This document shows positions 12,267 to 22,427 of a stretch of DNA of 56,363 nucleotides, piece after piece (the first letter of the stretch is position 1; every line of letters begins with the position of its first letter). Under the pieces are notes generated by a model, which worked only from the letters and a program-made list of their open reading frames with translations, was not told where the DNA came from and did no database searches. A program made the position numbers and the translations under genes. The stretch is from Octopus bimaculoides (Eukaryota): the NCBI RefSeq assembly GCF_001194135.2, contig NC_068983.1, forward strand, positions 102,284,638 through 102,341,000, read 5' to 3'.

Positions 12267-14269
12267 ATTTACGTACATACACGCTTACATAGACGTGAGG
12301 GTGCGCCTTTAGTTTGTATAATGTTGTTTCTTGTTTCATATGTTTGGTTTTGTTATAATTTGTATGTTCAATGGAACTGGTGTAACTGATACATTTCTTT
12401 CTCATTGCCTTCATAAAGAGGCTAAGTTAATCCCTGGCGAGGTATAAGCTCAGAACGTGGAAGCTTAGATATGAATCCCTTTAATAATGTTTTGCTTACT
12501 TTAGACTAAGGCTAGACGTTTCTTGGTAAACGGTGTAATAATATTCTAGTAGCTCACCCTCGTACGCAACTGTTACTTGTCTTGTGCTGGTTTCTCTTCA
12601 TTAGGTACAAGAACAATTGTTCTAGAGGTCTTTTAGTCGACTACAATGAATCAAAAGAAAAATGTATTTATATAGGCACAAGACCTCAAATTTCGCCGAA
12701 GTGAATAGTTGATCATATCAACCCCAGGACGTGACTCGTAGTTTATTTTATCGGGAGGTGATTTTGAACTCAGAATGCAAGAAGCTGCAACAAAAATTCT
12801 TCGATGCTGTAATGATTCTGCCAAGTCACTGTCCTAACTATAGTTAGGACACTTGATAAGCCAAGCGAGGGGGCGTTCTACGTAGTTGCTTTACCAGTAA
12901 GAAACAGCCAGTAATCAAATGTCCTTCGAATTGTGCCTATAGTCCTCAGAAAGGAAGATGTTGAATGATTATAGTCTTAGCTCTATTTTACCTGGGGATA
13001 AAAACAAAATAAAACTCGCCTGAATGCTTTTGATAATAGATCTGCTCAATCGCTGCAGTGACAACTGATATTTGAAGGAACTTCCTCGTGGTCACTCGAT
13101 CCGCTAGAAATAGCAATGAAGTGTCCCTCAAAGGACACCCTACCATCTGAAAAATAGAAACACTGGAGAATACAGTTCACAGTACTGCATACCTGAAAAC
13201 ATCAGAAATTATCACAAATGAATTGCATTTTATCATAGCTCTTTTCGATCTCAGCTAAACTGGATCTAATAAACTACAACTACAATAACTGGTTTATTAT
13301 TTTTTTTATTAATATACGAAAGGCAAAGTCGACAAAAGACTAGATAAAAGTTTAGAACGTTGAGAACAAAGTCTCTAGATTTTGCTTTACTGTTTTTGCA
13401 TCCAAACTTCTCTTATTTATTTATTTATCTATGTATTTATTTAATCAGTTAGTTATGTACATATTTATTTAGATTAGAGAGATCGATGTAGACTTTGAGG
13501 GAAGTCCTCAGCGGACCAAAAATGCGAATTGGTTTAGATTCTTGACAAATGCAGATTCAGTTACAGCGGTAATACTCTTGAGGAATTTTCAACTGTTTCA
13601 ACTGATTAACGCTAACTCACATATGACACACAGGTAATCGGACGAAAGAACCAGCGAAGGAGCTTTCGCACGCTTGCTCAGCTTAATAAACTTAATAAAA
13701 TCTTCCAAGTTCACTCCACTACCTTACACAAGTGTTGATTTTATACCTTTTATTTAATTCTCGCAAGGAAATTTAAAAACATTACCATTTGTTCATTATA
13801 TGCCACTCGATATTGCAATCAGTGTTGCAATCAGTGCAACATCTTACTGGATCTAATCTTCATTATGTAATTCAGTAGTAGTGAAGAGTGTTCATCATAA
13901 ACACAACATCAGAAATAGAATATAGACTGTTGAAATTCCGGATGGTAAATTAGCTTCTTTTTAATGGTTCGTTATTTGAAACTCTTCAAAGTACCATAAA
14001 AAGAATAAATCACTTACGGCTGGTGATTAAATATATCCGAAAGCTGGTAAATTCTAGAAACTCGGTAACCAATACCTGATACACTGATGAAGCGAATTAA
14101 CTGCCAGCCTCGAAACTAAACCTGAATGATAGCAGATGATTTGCATTCATAACCCACGAACTGCCCTTCAGTATTTTACTCCTTATGCATTTACATTTAT
14201 GTGCACATTTACAGTTTTCCCCTTTTCACCCCCGCCACACACATATAAGCGTGTGTGTATGTGTGAAGG

Positions 14270-14460
14270 CACACAGCCTAATGATTAGGGTGCTGTACAC
14301 ACAGTCACGAGGTCGCAATTTCAATTCCCAGACCGGCTGCGAGTTGTGTTCCTGAGTAAAACACTTCATTTAATGTTGCTCTAGTCCATTCAGCTGCAGT
14401 TTCGTTCAGTGTAAATGTTGGTCTGCCTTTCTAGATAGCCGCCACGGTTTATGCGGGCAG
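14270..14460 (+). mobile_element. CORE-type tRNA SINE (family B-related), degenerate
   Basis: GGCACACAGCCTAATGATTAGGG head, CAATTTCAATTCCC B-box region, TGTGTTCCTGAGTAAAACACTT CORE-like segment. Confidence 0.65.
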
Positions 14461-14553
14461 GCCAACGATGCGAGAAGCTAAAACAATGCGAAGCCCATTG
14501 CGATTAGCAGTGTATAATAACGCCTGGTATTCTTCTCTATACCGTAATACAGT

Positions 14554-14605
<52 letters not shown>

Positions 14606-15324
14606 NNNNNNNNNNNNNNNNNNNNNNNNNNNNNNNNNNNNNNNNNNNNNNNNNNNNNNNNNNNNNNNNNNNNNNNNNNNNNNNNNNNNNNNNNNNNNNN
14701 NNNNNNNNNNNNNNNNNNNNNNNNNNNNNNNNNNNNNNNNNNNNNNNNNNNNNNNNNNNNNNNNNNNNNNNNNNNNNNNNNNNNNNNNNNNNNNNNNNNN
14801 NNNNNNNNNNNNNNNNNNNNNNNNNNNNNNNNNNNNNNNNNNNNNNNNNNNNNNNNNNNNNNNNNNNNNNNNNNNNNNNNNNNNNNNNNNNNNNNNNNNN
14901 NNNNNNNNNNNNNNNNNNNNNNNNNNNNNNNNNNNNNNNNNNNNNNNNNNNNNNNNNNNNNNNNNNNNNNNNNNNNNNNNNNNNNNNNNNNNNNNNNNNN
15001 NNNNNNNNNNNNNNNNNNNNNNNNNNNNNNNNNNNNNNNNNNNNNNNNNNNNNNNNNNNNNNNNNNNNNNNNNNNNNNNNNNNNNNNNNNNNNNNNNNNN
15101 NNNNNNNNNNNNNNNNNNNNNNNNNNNNNNNNNNNNNNNNNNNNNNNNNNNNNNNNNNNNNNNNNNNNNNNNNNNNNNNNNNNNNNNNNNNNNNNNNNNN
15201 NNNNNNNNNNNNNNNNNNNNNNNNNNNNNNNNNNNNNNNNNNNNNNNNNNNNNNNNNNNNNNNNNNNNNNNNNNNNNNNNNNNNNNNNNNNNNNNNNNNN
15301 NNNNNNNNNNNNNNNNNNNNNNNN

Positions 15325-15364
<40 letters not shown>

Positions 15365-15372
<8 letters not shown>

Positions 15373-15671
15373 CCCCAAAAGTGGCTGACGATGCTACTGT
15401 AGGTTATAGCCCCAGGAAGGCATCACCAGCCAGACTTGATACACACGGACATGAATTTCTGGGTATTGACCCGTCATCAGCGTGTGACAACCACCGCCTG
15501 GCCATGGGAAGTGATTCTCAGTGCAAACACATATACTTTTTCCAGTGAAGAAAAGTCACTGATCTCGAAAAAGGAGAAACAAGCAATAATAAATCTCTGA
15601 GATTTCTTCCTGGGGCTATAAGCTGCAGTAGCATCGTCCCTAATGGGTCACCCACTTTTAGGTGACAAATA
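15365..15671. mobile_element. About 300-bp inverted-repeat-bounded unit carrying a hammerhead ribozyme (MITE-like, or Penelope pLTR with an inverted tail)
   Basis: Arms 15387-15419 and 15606-15638 are 31/33 complementary. Outer arms 15365-15389 and 15647-15671 are 20/25. TA at both ends. Confidence 0.75.
15442..15486 (-). ncRNA. Minimal type-I hammerhead ribozyme motif
   Basis: CACACG CUGAUGA C GGGU CAAU ACCC A GAAA U UCAU GUC CGUGUG: 6-bp stem I, intact CUGAUGA, GAAA and GUC, 4-bp stem II. Confidence 0.75.
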
Positions 15672-16218
15672 TGCATCACGATGTCGTGCTGCTGCTGTTT
15701 ATATGTCGCTCAGAGATTTATTATTGCTATACATACATACATACATACATACATACATACATACATACATAATAGTTGTCTGGGCTATTCAGAAATGTCT
15801 ACTCCGAGTTGAGTACCTCTGTAATATCTGATAGCTTCCTAAGAACCTTAACGTGAAGTATAGGTATAATGCATTCTAACAAATGTTTATTAAGTCTCTT
15901 ATGCTGAGGCAGGAATACACACACACACACACACACACATGCACACATTCACTCACACACATTCACACACACACGCACACGTACACACACACATGTATAT
16001 ACATATATATATATACATGCATTATAAATATGTGTGTATATATTCATATGTACATATATATATAAATACGTATATATACGCACACATATAATGTATATCT
16101 ATGAGTAATTAGGTGTTTATAGCGTCTTAAGTAATGCGGAGCCGATGGAACCTGTTACTTGATACAACTAAATGCGTCGAATGCTATTTTCTTTTGTTTG
16201 TTCACATTTTTTGCATAC

Positions 16219-16530
16219 CCATCCATCCAACTATCCATCCATCCAACTATCCATCCATCCAACTATCCACCCATCCAACTATCCATCCATCCAACTATCC
16301 ATCCATCCAACTATCCATCCATCCAACTATCCATCCATCCAACTATCCATCCATCCAACTATCCATCCATCCAACTATCCATCCATCCAACTATCCATCC
16401 ATCCAACTATCCATCCATCCAACTATCCATCCATCCAACTATCCATCCATCCATTCATCCGTCCACCCATCCATCCATCTGTCTACCAATCCAACCACTC
16501 ACCCGTCCATCCATCCGTCTGTCCGTCTAC
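16219..16530. repeat. 16-bp minisatellite (CCATCCATCCAACTAT), about 14 units, decaying into (CCAT)n
   Basis: Direct reading; units are regular from 16219 to 16442. Confidence 0.95.
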
Positions 16531-17085
16531 ACAAGCATTCGCACAGCTATAAACAGCCGTACATCACTTAATTTCCAAGGCCAACATCACTTCCAGCAGT
16601 ATTTGGCGGGTTTTAAATTTAGGAAGCCACATTATATGTGTATTGCTATTATCATATTTGGAGGCAACTATGCTGATAAACAAATTAAATATATTAAATA
16701 TAACAGCTTGAGTATGAAATACAAAATATGTATATATTTTTACATGCAAAACAAGAGAAAGCAAAGAGCGGAGACTTTCAGGAGCTGAATATTTGAGTGT
16801 AAAATATATTTATATTAAAAGATATTTATATTAAAAGATCAAACTTACACAGTGTAAACGACAGAGAAAATTTATGGGGAGGAAGTAAGGTGCTATAAGT
16901 CCAACAGCTGTTTCTGGGGGCTCGGTAGATGTTGTTCATCACAATATACAAGCCATAATGGAAGCAATCGACATTGGATAAAAAGAGCCTCCGACATCAA
17001 GGTAGAAAAGATCTTAGAATTCAGATCATAGTGCAGAGAAGTTCAAAGGTGGAATGATTGAAAACTATCTATTTTGTGTTTATTA

Positions 17086-17131
<46 letters not shown>

Positions 17132-18409
17132 TGTGTAATTTATGTTTCTATCTAAGTCTATATGTGTCTATGTGTGTGTAACTATACATTTAAACTCTTT
17201 CCTGAAAATGGAAACATTTCATGTTAATGCTCTGATGAAGCAGGAAGATCCCTCACTGTCGCGTAACAGTGGATGTACATTTCCTTAAAGTCGTAAAGGC
17301 TGTAAGCTTATGAAAGCGGTTGCGTAACTTCTGTTCTTTTGCCATTAATCTATTAATACATACAAATGAATACAAACATGTGTGAATGTGTGTGCGTGCG
17401 TGCCTGTATGTGTAGCCCCGAAGCGTGTCGAGAAAATGGAGCTAAAATCCATGATTTATAGAATACCCTCTGAATGTATAGTTCGTGTGACTACTTGCTA
17501 AATGCATCTAAAAGCCTAGTTGTGGTATTTCTAACCGGTCGACAAATTAATTCTGCAACCCAAGAACAGGTACAGTAAGGCATAGTCTAGCTGACAGTTA
17601 TACGTATAGTTTCAATTTATGCGATTCTACTCACATGCTTAGCTCATTCTTAGACTATGTTAGAAGATAATTGCCTAGGGTACATGCAGTGAAATAGAAT
17701 CAGGTATTTCGGGATTATAAATCAAACCTCTTAACCACAGGCCTGTGCCTATGCCTATAAACGGCCATATTTGCGACAAATTAGGTCGTAATTTTTCGCT
17801 TAACGGATCATCTCTATTCCTTTTCTGGCTCATATAGTTAATATGTGCCTCCATATGAAGTCTTGGAGCACTAAAGCTCAGTTGTCAATGATAAATTTAG
17901 TACAAAGAAGAGTACGTACTGTCAATCTCAGATCAAAACTCTGAGTACTCATTTCACCTGCTCAATGTAAAGGTCAAAGTCTCATCAATAAGTGTATGCT
18001 TTTAGCAATAAATCTCAAACCGGTTAGCGTTGTAAATTGAATGCTTCGGTCAGTCGGTTATCTTTGCGTCGCAGTTCCACAACAGTGGCTACAACAGCAG
18101 TAACATTGCACTAATGAAGGAACCGCTAAGCCTTTGTTTGACTTACTACGAATATTAGCCAAATCTACTTTGAATCACACCCAACAGACTTAATAGTGGA
18201 AATATATACTGGATAATGAAGTTCCTGATAAACTATGCATTTAAAAAAGACAGGAGGGTCACAACTACAATACTTCTGATCAAAGGTTTGCTCAATTAAG
18301 GCTTACCTGGGGGCTACACAACAATAACAACAGCAACAAATAAGATAAATATATTTTGGATTTCTTTGCGATATCTTACAGTAAATATATTCAAATGTGT
18401 CCCTATATT

Positions 18410-18615
18410 TGTTGCAGCGCATCGTTAGCATGTCGGGCGAAATGCTTAGCGGTATTTCGTGTCTCTATACGTTCTGAGTTCATATTCCACCGACGTCACC
18501 TTTTGCCTTTTATCCTTTCGAGATCGATAAAATAAGTACCAGTTGAACACCGGGGTCAATGTAATCGACGTAACCCCGCCCCCGAAATTGCTGGCCTTGT
18601 GCCAAACTTTGAAGC
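18410..18615 (+). mobile_element. SINE family A
   Basis: CGTTAGCATGTCGGGCGAAATGCTTAGCGG...CATCC-like central domain...GGCCTTGTGCCAAACTTTGAA tail. Confidence 0.8.
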
Positions 18616-19711
18616 CTATATTTCTTGAAGTGACGTAGTTTTATTTTGAAAGGCTAAAACTATAGTTTGTTTTAAACTGTAGTTAGAATATACTTTTATA
18701 TTTAGATATATAAAGCATGTGGTTGGCCGAATCAGTAGAGAGGTGGACAAACAATGTATATATAATATATATTCTTTGTATATTTCATCAAGTGGGAAAG
18801 CATCGGACAAAATACCTTAGATCTTTTTAGCGTCCCTTCTCATGATTACCTTAGAAGGATGATGTAACCAAAAATTAGTAATGGGAATGTTAAAATGGCC
18901 ACTTTTGGCTAAAGTTCGACGGCTTTGATTATATAAAATCTTAGTATACATTAGATCACATAGCTTATAGCTCTTCCCCATCGGTTCTTCCTCTGCTTCT
19001 GGAGAGTCCAAGAACTTTCTGGGATTGATAAAAAAAAGTATCAGTTAGGTACTGGGTTCGATTTAATCGAATGTTCCCTAGTGTTACAAATTATTATATC
19101 TCTATACTCTGAAAAAGAGAGTAAATTTACGAGACTTAAACGATATTTAAACACTTCTAGCTAGGACAATAATAACCCATTAAACCTATATGATATATGA
19201 AGAGTAGAGGTTTATATAAGATTTATTTCTAAGTTTTGAAATATGATGAACCACTCGGAAGAAAGTTATAACATTAATCAGAAAAAGATGCAAGTATATA
19301 CGGATGGCTATACATGCATATTTAGAGGTTTATACTCTGGCTAGGGGTTCACCTACAATTAGTGTACTTACAGTAATTATGAATTTATTTATAAGGATAC
19401 AAGTTGGGTCAAAAAGTTTAGAATTGTAATAATTTAACTTGTAAGCAAAACTGTAAAATTTAGCAGCTCAACCCAAGCATACAAAGTATGACAACTAAAT
19501 TTCTGTCTAAGTTTCAGCGAGACATCACTTGCTTGAAAGTTACTGATGAATAACGAAAGCTATAATGTGTGTAAAGCATGTTCACACATAATGTGTGTAT
19601 AAGTATGTTTAAGCATGTGTGTATAAGTATTTCAAAACCTTCCTCTTCAATTCATTAATTAAGTTCTTCACCTTCATGAAAGGTATCAGTTTCTAAACAA
19701 GGTTTTTATTG

Positions 19712-20060
19712 CTAGTAAGTTGGCAGAATCGTTAGAATGCCGGAAAAATGCTTTCCGTTATTTGTTCCAGATTTTTACGTTCTGAGTTTAAATTTCACTG
19801 AAGTGAACTTTCCTTTCATGTTTCCGGTTTGATAAAATAAAATGCCAGTCAAGTACTGAGAACCGATGTCATCAACTAACCCTGTTCCTTCGAAATTACT
19901 GCCCTCTTGCCTATATTAGAAATCCTTAATTGCGTTACGTTAAGATTGGTTGCTTGGCTGAACATCGAACAAATGCTCCGCAGTATTCTGCTGTGCCTCT
20001 TTGCGTTCTGAGTCTAAACTCACCGGAGTTGATAAAATAAGCAACAAATAAAATATTTGG
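19712..20060 (+). mobile_element. Two adjacent degenerate family A SINEs (the second internally deleted)
   Basis: Heads at about 19715 and 19945 with recognisable central domains. Confidence 0.65.
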
Positions 20061-20067
20061 GTTGAAA

Positions 20068-20290
20068 ACCTTTTTGTTACCATATTTCTAATGAAATTCA
20101 CCACCATTTTCATTGAAAATAATGAAAAATTTTATAAGATAAGTTTGCCATTATTAAGCTGGTGTTTGGAACATAAAATTAACCTGACACTTTGATGGAA
20201 GGTTTTAATTTAGATCTCTTTAAGACAATCTGTTTGTATCATAGAACCAGAGGCACTTTCAGTTGGGTTGGTATCAAAAAATTTTTTTAA
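20068..20290. mobile_element. Degenerate piggyBac-like MITE
   Basis: Terminal TTTTTGTTACCA versus TGGTATCAAAAA (11/12 inverted match); TTAA context is eroded. Confidence 0.55.
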
Positions 20291-20704
20291 ATAACATACC
20301 CGGTTGTTGCTTTCACGCATCGCTTACCTCTGGCCCAGGGAGATTCTGGGCTAGAGAAGTCCCTAAATAAGTGTGAAAACCAAATAAGGGGAATTAAATC
20401 AGTCTTGGCTAGGATTAATATCATTTTATCATTCGCACTGTTGAAAACAGCAATCGCGTGCCATTATTACCATACCTCAAGATGTGTAGGCTTGTATTTA
20501 TGCCAGATATAATAATTATTATACCCAGTACTGGCGTTTCTTAAAACTGGACCTGTATTCCTAGCAGTAACGTCAGTTAATTCCCTTCATCACTACAGAT
20601 AGGCGACATCACAATGAGTGTCACTAGTCACCTCAACTGAATAAAAGACGTATGTCGACATATTATTTCCCGGTTGTGTTGTTAGAACTCCCATCTTATA
20701 TAAT

Positions 20705-20825
20705 CCGTGTTTCAAATTTTGGAAGGCAAAGTTGACCTCAGGGGTATTTGGACTCAGAATATAATGTCGGAAGAAATGCCGCTAAGCATTTTGTCCGGTA
20801 CTATGGCGATTCTGCTAGCTCGTTC
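20705..20825 (-). mobile_element. Internally deleted family A SINE
   Basis: Tail TTTCAAATTTTGG joined directly to GGCAAAGTTGACCTC...GCTAGCTCG head. Confidence 0.65.
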
Positions 20826-21510
20826 AGCGTACTTAGGTTTCTACGCAATACAGCTTTTCAAAAGTAGATATTAATTGAATTAATAGTAATGATAAGATAT
20901 TGACTATAAGATAGTGATGTTAATTTTTAACTTGGTCTAAAGTGTACAATACTTTCATTTGGTCAATGGAGATAAATGAGATAATGAAATCAAATTTATT
21001 TATTCATTTTTGGTTCACTGCTTCGTATTTGTGAGTTGAAGGGCTATCGGAGCGTCTTTAACATTTAAAGTTCAAGCCTGTGAGATTAATGAAGTGTGTT
21101 CTAATATACTGCAATAAATTGAATCAATAGCATCATCTACTCGTTTATCAATAGCATCATTTACTCGTTTATAGCCATAAAACAATAAATCTAGATCCAT
21201 TTATGATTATGTAGATATGTGCACATAGAACTTATTTCCTAGAGCCAAGCCGTCAAAATAAGACAATCTATATTTAATATAGCAATAATTTTATTGATAT
21301 TCACTGCAGAATTATTAATATTTACGGTAGAATCTGTATAACAGTTGGACAATTGTCTAACAGTATTCGCCACGGTCTAATTTGCCTTTCATGTCGCTGG
21401 ATGGATAAGGATGGTTCCTAGTAATGTACTAGGAGTCAGTTCAATCGTCTGTATTCTTCTATTATGAATTTCTAGCCTGGTGTCAGCGTAAAAAAGAAAG
21501 TCATTACTGT

Positions 21511-21780
21511 TGTAGGTATGGCTGTATGGTGAAAGAAGCCCGTTTTGCAATCACGTTTCGCAATCAGCTCAACAGAGCACTTTGTGCAGGTGTCACTTCG
21601 GGAAGGCCAGTGAGTAAATTTGGTGGATGGAAACTGTGTGTAAGACCGTCATATATGTATATGTGTGTGTGTGTATGCGCGCGCGCGTGTGCAAGACTTA
21701 AAAAATAAGTACTGGGATTAACTTGTTCGACATAACCACAGTCCAATGACTGAAATAGGTAAAACAAATTAAATAAATAG
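21511..21780 (+). mobile_element. tRNA SINE family D (carries an internal microsatellite), internally deleted
   Basis: GTAGGTATGGCTGTATGGTGAAAG head, GGAAACTGTGTGTAAGACCGTC plus (TA/TG)n, and CAGTCCAATGACTGAAA tail. Confidence 0.7.
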
Positions 21781-22427
21781 ATGATTCGTAGTGATCTGGG
21801 CGTGGTGAAAACAATTGAGTTTCTCGGACTTGTCAAATTGATAGCTGATGTTAGCACCTTTCAAATCTAGCAATGAGAATAAATGAAAAGTTCTAACTAG
21901 AAAAGATGTCTAAAAGCTTTTAAAATATGAAATAAAAAACAGGAAAAATGTTGCATTCGATGAAACACTTCTGAAATTGGATCGCTCAAATAAAGGCTTC
22001 TGCTTGCACATCTAGAGACAAATATAGGCATTTATATTTAAAAAATACTTTTATGTCTGGTGTTTCACTATGATATATAAAGAAACCTTTCAATATAAAA
22101 TAGAAGAATGTTATCTGAGAAAGATACAAATGTAATAATTTTCTTCGGAACAGTCAAATTACGAAGAAAAGAAATGATTAGAACTTATGAATATAAATAT
22201 ATATAAGATTGCATACGATAAAATTCATCTAACGAAAGATTATTGCAGGAGGATTTAGAGATCAGGAGCAGATACATTCAAGATGGAATCAGACCGAAAT
22301 ATAGCTTATGTTGATGTACATATTCTTAGCTTATATTAATGTCATTTTATGATTATTATTATTTAAATTATGTATTTATATGTAAATTATATATTTCTGT
22401 GTATATATGCTCGCTTTTCTTTTGCAG

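Noticed and set aside
14084-14120. CTGATGA...CGAAAC hammerhead-like spacing
   Set aside because: No convincing stem II, no stem III or UH site, and no stem I.
14468-14555. RLAVYNNAW as a possible vanin AAVYEH first exon
   Set aside because: No signal peptide, wrong downstream residues, and it runs into a (CA)n tract.
15643-15831. RAAAVYMSL as a possible vanin first exon
   Set aside because: It starts within the inverted-repeat arm, lacks EH and the following helix, and continues into a microsatellite.
17195-17250. GAAAC-ATTTCATGTT...CTGATGA, a possible type-II hammerhead
   Set aside because: Stem III is good but stem I would be about 1 bp and stem II is separated from the core by an internal loop; probably chance or heavily decayed.
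19538-19566. CTGATGAATAACGAAAGCTA minimal hammerhead-like string
   Set aside because: Stem II has no base pair and stem I is only 3-4 weak pairs; not supportable from one copy.
20320-20660. Possible solo LTR (TGT...AATAAA...ACA)
   Set aside because: No matching target-site duplication at the putative ends.
21123-21170. 24-bp tandem duplication (also short ones near 13810, 16810 and 33682)
   Set aside because: Ordinary slippage duplications with no further structure.
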